DNA from: Gemmata obscuriglobus
GTDB taxonomy: Bacteria > Planctomycetota > Planctomycetia > Gemmatales > Gemmataceae
Reading direction: 5' to 3'
Length of the DNA: 32,000 nucleotides
Assembly (NCBI RefSeq): GCF_008065095.1
Contig: NZ_CP042911.1
Location: forward strand, 5,520,001-5,552,000
A program made the translations under genes and the position numbers. The notes under the pieces were generated by a model. The model searched no databases and had not been told where the DNA came from. It worked only from the letters and a program-made list of their open reading frames with translations. Of this stretch, positions 7,687-16,787 are shown in pieces (position 1 is the first letter of the stretch; each line of letters opens with the position of its first letter).

Positions 7687-10600
7687 TCACTTGTTCAGCA
7701 CTTCGTCCAGGTTCATGAGTTGGTTCGCGAGCATCGTCCACGCCGCCAACTCGCTGGGGTCGAGCGCCGCGTTCGGCTTCGACTCCCCGAACGCGATCAG
7801 CTTCTTCGCGTCCTCGGGCTTCGCCTTGTAGTGCGCGCGCAGGTTCTTCAGCGTGTCCGTTACGATCGCCAGTTCCTCGGCCCGGAACGGCCGCGCCAGG
7901 AGCCGCCGCGCGACGAAGTCGATGCGGGCGTCGTCCGCCGGGTCCACGGCAAGCGTCTTCTCGGCGAACACCCGGGCGGCCTCGACGAACTGCACGTCGT
8001 TGAGCGTGAGCAGCGCGGCGAGCGGGGTGTTCGTGCGGTCGCGGCGCACGGTGCAGGTCTCGCGGTTGGGGGCGTTGAGCACCTCCATCGCGGCCGGCGG
8101 CGCGGCCCGCTTCCAGAACGTGTACATGCTCCGGCGGTACAGGCTCTCGCCGGCGTCGCGGCGGTAGTCGCGGGTGTTGGAGCCGATCATCGCCACCGCC
8201 TCCCACACCCCGTCCGGCTGGTACGGCTTCACCGACGCGCCGCCGATCTTCCGCACCAGGAGCCCGCTGACCGCCAACGCGTTGTCGCGGATCATCTCGG
8301 CGTCCATGCGGAACCGCGGGCCGCGCGACAGGAGCCGGTTGTCGCGGTCCTTGTCGAGCTTCTCCGGGGTCGTCACCGCGGCCTGACGGTAGGTAGCGCT
8401 GGTCACGAGCAGCTTGAAGAACCGCTTCACGTCCCAGTGCGACTGGAACTCCAGGGCCATCCAGTCGAGCAGCTCGGGATGGCTCGGCAACTCGCCCGCG
8501 ATACCAAAGTCGCCGCTGGTGCGCACGAGGCCGGTGCCGTACAGCTCCTGCCAGAACCGGTTCACCGTCACGCGGGCGGTGAGCGGGTGCTCCTTCGACA
8601 CCAGCCACTGCGCGAGCCCGAGCCGGTTGCGGGGCAGGTCCTTCGCCATCGCCGGCATCGATTTGGGCGTGTCGGCCTTCACCGGGTCCGCGCGCTTGTC
8701 GTAGTCGCCGCGGGTCAGGATGAACGCGGCGGGCTGGGTGTTCGGGCGCTCGTTCATCACGTGGGCGATGGTGCCGCGCGAGCGGATCGCCACCTCTTCG
8801 TCTTGCAGCTTCCGGTAAGCGGCGGAGAGGGCGCGGTACTCCTCGTCCTGCGACACCACCCACCACGTGAACAGCTCCTCGGTCTCCTGCGGGGTCCGCT
8901 TGTCGGCCGGCTTCGCGAGGATGTCCGCCGTGCGGCGCGAGCCCGCGAGCTGCTGGGCGTCGATGCCGGTGAACGGCCGGTCGTAGATGCGCAGGTCCTC
9001 CAGCGCGACGCCGGACACACGGGAGCCGCCGCTGCGCTGCCCGATCATGAACGGGACCGTCGTGCGGGTGGTGGACTTCAGCGTGTCGGTCTCCACGTCC
9101 TGCGGTTGCGGCTCGCCGTCGTAGTAGATCTTGATCCCGCCCGGCTTCCCAGTGCCGTCGTAGGCGACGGTGACGTGGGTCCACTTGTTGGGCTGGAGCG
9201 GCCCCTTCGCGACCACCTTCACCGCGTCCTGTGGGTAGGTGTTGATGACGTGCATGGCGATCCGGTCGTTCTGGATCCACACGTCCCAGCCGCGGTACCC
9301 GTTGCCCTCGTCCATCCGGGCCACGATCGCGCCGTTCTTCCCGCGGCCGTTGATCGACACCCACATCGACACCGCGAAGGGCTGTGAACGGTCGAAGTCG
9401 CCGACGTCCTTGAACTCGATCGCCTTACCAGGCTGGATGGTGAAGGCGCTCTTCTTGTCCTTCCCGTTGGCCCACGCGTACCCGGCGTCGAACGGCACCG
9501 TCCGCGGCTTCTCGCCGACGGTGACCGCGATCTCCTTCCCCTTGCCTTCCTTCAGCGGGGCGTGGAACACGAGCCCCTGGGTCGGGGGCTTGCCTTCGAA
9601 GTCCGCGGCCTTCGCCGACCGGAGCCACTCGGCGAACGGGACCTTCGCCGCGACCTTGCGGGCGTCCACCTTGGCCCGCGCCGCCGCCAGTTCCTTCGCC
9701 AGCGCGTCGAACCGCGGGCGGTCTTCCGACCGGGGCACGGGGATCACCGGCGGCGTGTTCGGGATGTTCCCGTCCATCACGGCCTGCGTGGTGTTGTTGA
9801 AGAACGCCGACAGCGAGTAGAAGTCCCGCATCGAGATCGGGTCGTACTTGTGGTCGTGGCACACCGCGCAACCGGTCGTCAGCCCCATCCAGACCTGCGA
9901 CGTGGTTTCCGTGCGGTCGCGGGCGTACAGGACGACGTACTCCTCGGCGATCACGCCCCCCTCGTTGGTGGTGATGTTGCACCGGTTGAACCCGGTCGCG
10001 ACCTTCTGATCGAGGGTCGGGTTCGGGAGCAGGTCGCCCGCGAGCTGGTCGATGGTGAACTGGTCGAACTTCTGGTTCGCGTTGAGCGCGTTAATCACCC
10101 AGTCGCGGTACGCCCAGACCTCGCGGAAGTTGTCGAAGTGGATGCCGTGGGTGTCGGCGTACCGGGCGTAGTCGAGCCAGTAGCGGCCGCGGTGCTCGCC
10201 CCAGTGCGGCGAGGCCATCAGCTTATCGACGTACTTCTCGTAGTAGTTCGCGTCCGTGTCGCTCACGAACGCCTCGACGTCCGCCGGCACCGGCGGGAGC
10301 CCGGTGAGGTCGAACGCGAGCCGCCGGGCGAGGGTGCGCCGGTCGGCCTCCGGAGCCGGCTTCAGCCCGGCCGCTTCGAGCTTCGCCAGCACGAACGAGT
10401 CAACCGGCGTCCGCACCCAGCTCGTGTCTTTCACCGCCGGGGTGGCGGGCCGGGCGGGGGTGATGAACGACCAGTGCGGTTGGTACTCGGCCCCGGCCTC
10501 GATCCACTTCGCGAGCAGCTTCCGCTGCTCCGGCGAGAGCGTCTTGTTGCTCTTGAGCGGCGGCATGAGTTCCTTCTCGCCGTCCGCGTGAATGCGCTCG

Positions 10601-10953
10601 ATGAGCGAACTCTTGTCCGGCTTGCCGGGCACGATCGCGCCGGCCTCGATGGCCGCCTCGCGCAGGTCGAGCCGCAGCCCGGCCTTCCGCGACCCGCTGT
10701 CGGGGCCGTGGCAGGCGAAACACGTCTCGGCGAGGATCGGGCGGATGTCGCGGTTGTATTCGATGTTCCCCGGTTTCGCCGGCGCCGGGGCCGCCGCGAC
10801 CGGAGCCGCCGCCGCGACCGGAGCCGCCGCCGCGACGGCCGGTTGTGGTTTCGGCGGCTGCGGATCGGCACTCGCGGGGGGGAGCGGCGCGACGAGCGCC
10901 GCACAGAGCACGGCGCACGCGGGCGGCAGCAGGTAGGAGAAAGGTCGTGGCAT
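7687..10953 (-). CDS. PSCyt1 / DUF1549 (PSCyt2) / LamG-like / DUF1553 (PSD1) multidomain secreted protein
   Basis: ORF 7687..10998. I start it at the ATG at 10953 (MPRPFSYLLPPACAVLCAALVA..., a signal peptide). Motifs seen: the CFACHGPD heme-c type CxxCH motif, DUF1549-like WLDYARYADTHG and CAVCHDHKYDP, a central concanavalin/LamG-like block (WTHVTVAYDG...LRIYDR), and a C-terminal DUF1553-like NRFWQELYGTGLV. Confidence 0.9.
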   Translation of the reverse strand: MPRPFSYLLPPACAVLCAALVAPLPPASADPQPPKPQPAVAAAAPVAAAAPVAAAPAPAKPGNIEYNRDIRPILAETCFACHGPDSGSRKAGLRLDLREAAIEAGAIVPGKPDKSSLIERIHADGEKELMPPLKSNKTLSPEQRKLLAKWIEAGAEYQPHWSFITPARPATPAVKDTSWVRTPVDSFVLAKLEAAGLKPAPEADRRTLARRLAFDLTGLPPVPADVEAFVSDTDANYYEKYVDKLMASPHWGEHRGRYWLDYARYADTHGIHFDNFREVWAYRDWVINALNANQKFDQFTIDQLAGDLLPNPTLDQKVATGFNRCNITTNEGGVIAEEYVVLYARDRTETTSQVWMGLTTGCAVCHDHKYDPISMRDFYSLSAFFNNTTQAVMDGNIPNTPPVIPVPRSEDRPRFDALAKELAAARAKVDARKVAAKVPFAEWLRSAKAADFEGKPPTQGLVFHAPLKEGKGKEIAVTVGEKPRTVPFDAGYAWANGKDKKSAFTIQPGKAIEFKDVGDFDRSQPFAVSMWVSINGRGKNGAIVARMDEGNGYRGWDVWIQNDRIAMHVINTYPQDAVKVVAKGPLQPNKWTHVTVAYDGTGKPGGIKIYYDGEPQPQDVETDTLKSTTRTTVPFMIGQRSGGSRVSGVALEDLRIYDRPFTGIDAQQLAGSRRTADILAKPADKRTPQETEELFTWWVVSQDEEYRALSAAYRKLQDEEVAIRSRGTIAHVMNERPNTQPAAFILTRGDYDKRADPVKADTPKSMPAMAKDLPRNRLGLAQWLVSKEHPLTARVTVNRFWQELYGTGLVRTSGDFGIAGELPSHPELLDWMALEFQSHWDVKRFFKLLVTSATYRQAAVTTPEKLDKDRDNRLLSRGPRFRMDAEMIRDNALAVSGLLVRKIGGASVKPYQPDGVWEAVAMIGSNTRDYRRDAGESLYRRSMYTFWKRAAPPAAMEVLNAPNRETCTVRRDRTNTPLAALLTLNDVQFVEAARVFAEKTLAVDPADDARIDFVARRLLARPFRAEELAIVTDTLKNLRAHYKAKPEDAKKLIAFGESKPNAALDPSELAAWTMLANQLMNLDEVLNK

Positions 10954-10984
10954 TAGCGCTACCTCGTTCGGAGGGACGAACGCG

Positions 10985-11692
10985 TCAAGACGGATCAAGG
11001 TTGGTGCTGACCTGCAGCCAGTATTTTACGCCACTACGAATGTGCGCAGTCATCGCGCGAACCGCAGCCCGGGGGTCGCGGGCGCGGAGCGCCTCGATGA
11101 TCGCGAGGTGCTCACCGGCCTCCACCCCGAGGCGGTGGAAGTCGCTGCGCGCCTCTTCCAGGTCCCAGGTCACGTCGCGGAACGCTTGGTACAGGGTGCG
11201 CAGCCGGGCCAGTTCGGACTGCAGGAACCCATTCCCGCAGGCGGCACAGATGTAGTCGTGGAGGGTGTTGTCGAGGTCGCGGGCCACCGCCACCGCCTCC
11301 GGCCCGGGTGGGCGGGCCGCGAGAGCTCGGATGTCATCGGCGATGGCTGCCACCCGCACGGGATCGGCACGGCGTGCGGCCCCGCGGACGGCCTCGCACT
11401 CGAGCACCTTCCGCACCTGGAGCACCTCGCGCACATCGCGGGCCGTCACCTGCCGCACCACCGCCCCGCGGTTCGGGAGCAGGTTCACGATCCCGGACGT
11501 GCCCAGTTCGATCAGGGCCTCGCGGATCGGGGTGTGGCTCACCCCGAAGCGCTGGGCCAGTGCTTCGGTAACGAGCCGTTGCCCCGCTCGGTACTTGCCG
11601 TGGAAGATGTCGGTCAGGATGGCGCGAACCAGCGCCTGACGGCGCAAGCCGTGGTCAAAGGCCGGTTCGGAGGTCGTTGTCAGTTCCGGCAT
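10985..11692 (-). CDS. GntR family transcriptional regulator (FadR/FCD subfamily)
   Basis: 235 aa. It has an N-terminal winged helix (LVTEALAQRFGVSHTPIREALIELGTSGIV) and a helical C-terminal FCD-type domain. Its stop is 31 nt upstream of the PSD1 start on the same strand. Confidence 0.9.
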   Translation of the reverse strand: MPELTTTSEPAFDHGLRRQALVRAILTDIFHGKYRAGQRLVTEALAQRFGVSHTPIREALIELGTSGIVNLLPNRGAVVRQVTARDVREVLQVRKVLECEAVRGAARRADPVRVAAIADDIRALAARPPGPEAVAVARDLDNTLHDYICAACGNGFLQSELARLRTLYQAFRDVTWDLEEARSDFHRLGVEAGEHLAIIEALRARDPRAAVRAMTAHIRSGVKYWLQVSTNLDPS

Positions 11693-11790
11693 GGCAGGTC
11701 GGCGCCGGGTATAACGGGCTTACGAAGGCAGGAGTTCGACTGAGAGTGAATGCAGTTTACCCGGGGCATAACGGCACGACAACCCGATTC

Positions 11791-11798
11791 TGTAGAAT
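11791..11798 (+). promoter_or_regulatory. candidate -10 element TGTAGAAT upstream of the FAD oxidoreductase gene
   Basis: Sequence motif only, 60 nt upstream of the ATG at 11859. The same TG(n)TAGAMT pattern recurs at 15250, 20027 and 23678. Confidence 0.3.
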
Positions 11799-11858
11799 CC
11801 CTCTCGTATGGTTCCTGGGCGCGGTGCGGGAACCGGGGCCGTTGCGTACAATCCCCTC

Positions 11859-13475
11859 ATGTCGATTCGCGTTTCCAACTTGCGCCTCCCGGTCGATGAA
11901 CCGGAGGCCGAACTACCGGTCCACCTCGCCCGCACGCTCGGCATCGGCCCGAGCGAGCTGGGACAATGGCGCATCGTCCGCAAGGCGCTGGACTTGCGAG
12001 ACAAACGCCAGCTCCGGTTCGTCTACAATTTCGAGCTGAATCTGCCGGGCGACGAGCCCGCGGTCGTCGCCCGGGCGCGGGGCGGCGTACAAGTCGAGCT
12101 GCACCACGAGCCGCCATTCGCGATGCCGGCCCCGGGGCCGGCCCCCCTGCCCCACCGGCCCGTGGTGATCGGCTCCGGCCCGGGCGGGCTGGTGTGCGCG
12201 TACTTCCTCGCGCTCCACGGGTACCGGCCCATCGTGCTGGAACGCGGCACGAAGGTGAACGACCGCATCCGCGACGTGAAAACGTTCGACGGCGGCGGGG
12301 GGTTCGAGCCCGAGAGCAACTACCTGTTCGGGGAGGGCGGCGCGGGCACGTTCTCCGACGGCAAACTGACGTGCCGCGGCACCGGACCGGACGTGATCCG
12401 GGTGCTGGAACTGTTCGCGGAGTGCAAGGGGCAGCAGCCGGGCAAACCGAGCATCCTCTACTACCACCGCCCGCACCTGGGGAGCAACCGGCTCCCGGCG
12501 GTGGTGAAGGCGATCCGCCAGAAGATCGAGCACTTCGGTGGCGAGGTCCGGTTCCACACCCGGGCCGAGGACCTGGAGTTCGACGCGGCGGGGCTGAAGG
12601 GGGTAAACACCTCGTCGGGGTTCATCCCGGCGTCGGTCGCGGTGCTGGCGATCGGCCACAGCGCCCGGGACACGTACCGTATGCTGGCCCGCCGCGGCGT
12701 GCCCATGACGGCCAAGCCGTTCCAGTTCGGGGTGCGGATCGAGCACCGCCAGGAGGTGGTGAACGAGGTCCAGTTCGGCCCGCGGCACTCGAAGTACGAG
12801 GAGCTGCTGGGCAACGCCGACTACTCGCTGGTCGCGAGCGGGGGGCACGACCTGTTCACGTTCTGCATGTGCGCCGGCGGGCACATCATCCCCAGCGTCT
12901 CACAGGACGGGTACTTCTGTAGCAACGGGATGAGCCTCTCCAAGCGGGACTCGCCGTTCGCGAACAGCGGGCTCGTGGTGACCGTGCCGGTGGAGGCGTT
13001 CGAGGGCACGGACGTGCTCGCCGGGGTGCGGCTCCAGGAGAAGTACGAGGCGAAGGCCTTCGAGTTGGGGGGCGGGCGCGAGTACCGCGCACCAGTGCAG
13101 CGGGCGCGGGACTTCGTGCGCGGCGTCGCCACGACCGCCCGGCCGGAGTGCAGCTACCCCCGCGGGGTCACCCCCACGGACCTGCGGCAGGTGCTCCCGC
13201 CGCTCGTCGCCGAGGCGGTAAAACACGGGCTGCCGCAAATGGATCGCCGCTGGCACGGGCGGTTCCTCGCCGACGCCGTTCTTGTGGGACCTGAAGCGCG
13301 GGGCAGCTCGCCGGTCCGGATCGACCGCGACAACGACTCGCGCGAGTCGCCGGGCGTGCCGGGCCTGTTCCCGGTGGGCGAAGGGGCTGGGTACGCGGGC
13401 GGAATTGTTAGCGCCGCAGTGGACGGATTACGAACCGCACGGGCGATTGTCGGGAAATACGCAACTCTAAAATGA
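11859..13475 (+). CDS. NAD(P)/FAD-dependent oxidoreductase (uncharacterised FAD-dependent dehydrogenase type)
   Basis: ORF 11808..13475, started at the ATG at 11859 (MSIRVSNLRLPVDEPE...). It has a dinucleotide-binding motif (VVIGSGPGGL), a later GEGGAGTFSDGKL, and a C-terminal FPVGEGAGYAGGIVSAAVDG. Confidence 0.85.
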   Translation: MSIRVSNLRLPVDEPEAELPVHLARTLGIGPSELGQWRIVRKALDLRDKRQLRFVYNFELNLPGDEPAVVARARGGVQVELHHEPPFAMPAPGPAPLPHRPVVIGSGPGGLVCAYFLALHGYRPIVLERGTKVNDRIRDVKTFDGGGGFEPESNYLFGEGGAGTFSDGKLTCRGTGPDVIRVLELFAECKGQQPGKPSILYYHRPHLGSNRLPAVVKAIRQKIEHFGGEVRFHTRAEDLEFDAAGLKGVNTSSGFIPASVAVLAIGHSARDTYRMLARRGVPMTAKPFQFGVRIEHRQEVVNEVQFGPRHSKYEELLGNADYSLVASGGHDLFTFCMCAGGHIIPSVSQDGYFCSNGMSLSKRDSPFANSGLVVTVPVEAFEGTDVLAGVRLQEKYEAKAFELGGGREYRAPVQRARDFVRGVATTARPECSYPRGVTPTDLRQVLPPLVAEAVKHGLPQMDRRWHGRFLADAVLVGPEARGSSPVRIDRDNDSRESPGVPGLFPVGEGAGYAGGIVSAAVDGLRTARAIVGKYATLK

Positions 13476-13590
13476 GAAGTTTGTCTGAATCTGTAAAGTG
13501 CTCTTCACTTCGGGCCGCCGTTGTTGTCTACTAACCACACGCGGCCCCACATATCTGACCCTCTCTGGCCGCAGCCTTCGGGAGACGCGC

Positions 13591-14544
13591 GTGCGTCACG
13601 ACACACGTCGACGGGCTTTCACGCTCATTGAGTTACTCGTTGTCATCGCGATCATTGCGATTCTGATCGGTCTGCTGCTGCCGGCGGTGCAGAAAGTGCG
13701 CGAGGCGGCGGCCCGAATGAAGTGCCAGAACAACCTGAAGCAGTTGGGGCTCGCGTTCCACAACTACGCCCTGGTGAACAACGACAAGTTCCCGAACGCG
13801 TACCAGTTCGTTACCACCCCCACCCCGAACGCGCACGCCTGGGGCGTGTACCTGCTCCCGTACATCGAGCAGGACAACCTGTTCAAGCAGTACAACCTGA
13901 ACACCATCTTCGCCACCGGCGCTAATGCCACCGTCGTCGCCACCCCGCTCAAAACCTTCCAGTGCCCGTCCGCACCGGGCGAGAACCGGGTCTACACATG
14001 CGTGCCGGCGCTCGCGTCCGCTTACGGCCTACCGTCGTTTCAGGCGGCGGTCAGCGATTACCACGTCATCACCGGCGTGATGGGGTCGCTGTGGAGCGTC
14101 GTGGCGGATCCGAACACGGGGGGCAGCCGCGGCGGGGTCCTGTCGGCCAACGCCCAGACATCCATTCTGGGCATCACCGACGGCACTTCCAACACGCTGC
14201 TGCTGGGCGAGATCGTTGGGAAGAATGACAAGTGGGTGCGTGGGCAGAAGACCTCGACCGCAACCGAGCAGGGCGGCGGCTGGGGCGACCCGTTCAGCGG
14301 AGAGAACTGGCTGAGCGGCTCGGACTCGACCGGCGCCACCTCCCCGGGTTCCTGCGTCGTGGGATGCACCAACAGCCAGCCCGCAGGGTCCACCGCCCGC
14401 GGGCTTTACAGCTTCCACTCGGGCGGCGTGAACGTGCTGCTGTGCGACGGTAGCGTCCGGTTCCTGACCTCCAGTGCGTCCGCGAAAACCGTTGTCTACT
14501 TGGTGACGAAGTCCAACGGCGAAGTGCTCCCGAGCGACTTCTGA
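13591..14544 (+). CDS. DUF1559 protein with prepilin-type N-terminal cleavage/methylation leader and C-terminal H-X9-DG motif (copy 1)
   Basis: ORF 13498..14544. The likely GTG start at 13591 follows GGGAGA. The leader is [46 protein letters not shown]. The C-terminus [17 protein letters not shown] contains H-x9-DG. Confidence 0.85.
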   Translation: MRHDTRRRAFTLIELLVVIAIIAILIGLLLPAVQKVREAAARMKCQNNLKQLGLAFHNYALVNNDKFPNAYQFVTTPTPNAHAWGVYLLPYIEQDNLFKQYNLNTIFATGANATVVATPLKTFQCPSAPGENRVYTCVPALASAYGLPSFQAAVSDYHVITGVMGSLWSVVADPNTGGSRGGVLSANAQTSILGITDGTSNTLLLGEIVGKNDKWVRGQKTSTATEQGGGWGDPFSGENWLSGSDSTGATSPGSCVVGCTNSQPAGSTARGLYSFHSGGVNVLLCDGSVRFLTSSASAKTVVYLVTKSNGEVLPSDF

Positions 14545-14586
14545 GCGCCGCACGCACAGCGTCCCGTATCTCCTGTCTCGGTTGGA

Positions 14587-15039
14587 GTGACTTCGGTGCC
14601 TATTCGGTCGTTCCCATGCCGCCCCGCGATCATCCTGGTCGCGGTCGCCACTCTGCTCATCGCGTCCTGTGGCGGGCCGTCGCGCAAGCCTACCTACCCG
14701 ACACAAGGGAAGTTGCTCATCAACGGGCAGCCGGCCGCGGGCGTGACCGTGTTTCTACACTCGCTCGATGCGACGGAAACGGAGCCGACGCGCCCGTTCG
14801 CGACCACCAAACCGGACGGCACGTTCAGCCTCACCACGACCGCCGCGGACGACGGCGCCCCGGCGGGCGAGTACGTGGTCACACTCCTTTACGAACCCCT
14901 CGAGTCGCCGCTGATGCGGGCGAACAAGGGCAAACCGCCGACCTTCGACAAGAAGTACAGCGACCCGAAGGCATCGCCGCTTCGGGTGACCATCCAAGCG
15001 AAGCCCTCGAACGAGCTAGCTCCGCTCGACGTGAAGTGA
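14587..15039 (+). CDS. small lipoprotein, carboxypeptidase-regulatory-like beta-sandwich type (partner of DUF1559 copy 1)
   Basis: GTG start. The signal ends in the lipobox LLIASCGG. It contains GKLLINGQPAAGVTVFL...KPDGTFSL...GEYVVTL. Its start is 42 nt after the DUF1559 stop. Confidence 0.7.
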   Translation: MTSVPIRSFPCRPAIILVAVATLLIASCGGPSRKPTYPTQGKLLINGQPAAGVTVFLHSLDATETEPTRPFATTKPDGTFSLTTTAADDGAPAGEYVVTLLYEPLESPLMRANKGKPPTFDKKYSDPKASPLRVTIQAKPSNELAPLDVK

Positions 15040-15084
15040 GCGCCTGAAGCATCACCCACCCGACGACGCCCACGTCCCTTCCTC

Positions 15085-15133
15085 GCGGCTCGGCGCCGCG
15101 TGTGCTTAACGAGCACGCGCGGCGCCGGGCCGC
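15085..15133 (+). terminator. GC-rich hairpin after lipoprotein 1
   Basis: Core GGCGCCGCGTGTGCT-taacg-AGCACGCGCGGCGCC (15092-15126, one G-U pair), extendable to about 22 bp. It starts 45 nt after the stop. Confidence 0.5.
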
Positions 15134-15249
15134 TTACGTTTCCCTCCCGGGCCGCCGCGCGAAGGCAGTTCCCGCTGCGGTCCGTGTCCGAATTGTGGAA
15201 GCGGTGAACGATCGAAGAAAATTGTGTTCGACACGCGCCCGCCCGTCGG

Positions 15250-15257
15250 TGTAGACT
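15250..15257 (+). promoter_or_regulatory. candidate -10 element TGTAGACT upstream of DUF1559 copy 2
   Basis: Motif only, 54 nt upstream of the ATG at 15312 and downstream of the 15085-15133 hairpin. Confidence 0.3.
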
Positions 15258-15311
15258 GCTGCCGCACACCGCCTTTGATCCCCGTGATCGTCTCCTCGCA
15301 AGGGTGTATCA

Positions 15312-16205
15312 ATGTCTCGCTCCCGCCGCGGTTTCACGCTCATCGAGTTGCTCGTCGTCATCGCGATCATTGCCATCCTGATCGGTCTGCTTCTGCCCGC
15401 CGTGCAGAAGGTGCGCGAGGCCGCCGCGCGCATGAAGTGCTCCAACAACCTCAAGCAGATCGGCCTCGCGCTCCACAACTTCCACGACCGCAACGGCCGG
15501 CTGCCCACCTCCGAGTTCCACGACAACGGCTCCAACCCGGTGCGGTGGAACTGGCAGCCCAAGATCCTCGCGGACGTCGAACAGAACGCGGTGTACGCGC
15601 AACTGGACTTCAAGGTTCACGCCTGGCAGGGCAACAACTACGCGCTGCTCAGCAAGAAGTTCGGAATGTTCGTGTGCCCGTCGGACCCGTTTTCGGACGC
15701 GACGCGCGAGGAGGAGAGCTTCGCCGGGCCGACGTGGGTGCTGTCGCAGTCCGACTACGCCGCGTGCGCCGGCGACTACAAGAACAGCGGCGGGGTGGGC
15801 CAGTCCCCGGACTACGGGAACCTGAGCTACTCGAACCCGATGGCGCGGGGGGTCATGGCGCGGTGGGGCTGGTCGGCCCGGTTCGGCGACATCAGCGACG
15901 GCCTGTCGAACACCTACGCGGTCGGCGAGTGCGTCGGCGCGTTCTGCATCACCCAGAACTTCGCCGCCCAGTCCTGGGCCACCACGGCGTACCCGATCAA
16001 CTACCAGAACAAGTCGCTGGCCGACAACCTGCCCACCCAGAGCACGCCCCGGTGGGACGAGTCCATCGGGTTCCGCAGCTTCCACAGCGGCGGCGCCAAC
16101 TTCCTCCTGTGTGATGGCAGCGTTCGGTTCGTCACCGAGGGGATCGACGGGGCGACGTACCGCGCGTACGCCTCGCGCGCGGGCGGTGAAGCGCTCTCGA
16201 ACTGA
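15312..16205 (+). CDS. DUF1559 protein with prepilin-type leader and H-X9-DG motif (copy 2)
   Basis: The product begins [49 protein letters not shown]. The C-terminus is [17 protein letters not shown]. Confidence 0.9.
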   Translation: MSRSRRGFTLIELLVVIAIIAILIGLLLPAVQKVREAAARMKCSNNLKQIGLALHNFHDRNGRLPTSEFHDNGSNPVRWNWQPKILADVEQNAVYAQLDFKVHAWQGNNYALLSKKFGMFVCPSDPFSDATREEESFAGPTWVLSQSDYAACAGDYKNSGGVGQSPDYGNLSYSNPMARGVMARWGWSARFGDISDGLSNTYAVGECVGAFCITQNFAAQSWATTAYPINYQNKSLADNLPTQSTPRWDESIGFRSFHSGGANFLLCDGSVRFVTEGIDGATYRAYASRAGGEALSN

Positions 16206-16278
16206 GTCCCACCCTGCACCGCGGCGGGTTCGGCCCCGCCCCCTTCCCTACCTCATCCCACATTCCGGATTCATCCGC

Positions 16279-16728
16279 ATGGTTCGCTGCGCGCTGACGG
16301 CCCTCGTTCTGTGTTCGGCTCTCGCGGCCGGGTGCTCCGACCGGCCCAAGTTGGCGAAGGTGAAAGGCACCGTCACCCTCGACGGCAAGCCGCTGCCGTA
16401 TGGCACCGTCACCTTCGAGGCGAAAGGGTACCGGTCCGCGACCGGCAAAATCGTTAACGGCGAGATCACCAACGTGACCACCTACGACGCGGGTGACGGC
16501 GCGCCGGTCGCCTCGCACCGGGTCGCCGTAACCGCGAACGCCGAACCCGGACCGGCGGTCGTCGCCAACCCGGGCGAAGGGAAGGCCCCGAAAGCCGACT
16601 ACATGAGCGGCAAGTCGCTGATCCCGTCCGGCTACAACGACCCGACCACGTCCGGTCTGACGGCGGACATCGTTGCGGGCGAGAACAGCGTCGAGTTCAA
16701 GCTCTCGTCCGCCGGCCCAAAGAAATGA
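16279..16728 (+). CDS. small lipoprotein, beta-sandwich type (partner of DUF1559 copy 2)
   Basis: Internal ATG of ORF 16111..16728. The product begins MVRCALTALVLCSALAAGCS (lipobox), followed by VKGTVTLDGKPLPYGTVTF. It has the same architecture as 14587..15039. Confidence 0.7.
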   Translation: MVRCALTALVLCSALAAGCSDRPKLAKVKGTVTLDGKPLPYGTVTFEAKGYRSATGKIVNGEITNVTTYDAGDGAPVASHRVAVTANAEPGPAVVANPGEGKAPKADYMSGKSLIPSGYNDPTTSGLTADIVAGENSVEFKLSSAGPKK

Positions 16729-16730
16729 CG

Positions 16731-16761
16731 AACGGGCCGGGGCAAACAGAGCCGGCCCGTT
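16731..16761. terminator. hairpin between the convergent lipoprotein-2 and MFS genes
   Basis: AACGGGCCGG-ggcaaacagag-CCGGCCCGTT, a 10-bp perfect stem. Confidence 0.45.
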
Positions 16762-16787
16762 GATCCTACAGTCCTCCACTCACCCGC

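Noticed and set aside
7621-10956. ORFs 7621..9387 (+), 7628..9364 (-), 9562..10956 (+), 9425..9982 (-) and 10400..10918 (-) inside the PSD1 gene
   Set aside because: Same reasoning. The 7687..10953 frame carries the CxxCH, DUF1549, LamG and DUF1553 motifs, while the others are low-complexity Arg/Gly/Pro translations.
11846-11861. TACAAT 7 nt upstream of the ATG at 11859, suggesting a leaderless mRNA for the FAD oxidoreductase
   Set aside because: There is no supporting -35 or TG extension, and a competing TGTAGAAT lies further upstream. This cannot be decided without transcription-start mapping.
11913-12922. ORFs 11913..12884 (-) and 11966..12922 (+) inside the FAD oxidoreductase gene. Similar cases are 15224..16114 (+), 15309..16085 (-), 18122..19258 (+), 20163..21455 (+), 21554..23368 (+), 22197..23162 (-), 23652..25238 (-), 27146..27946 (-) and 29788..30531 (-).
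   Set aside because: All overlap better-supported genes in another frame or strand and translate to Arg/Pro/Gly-rich low-complexity sequence.
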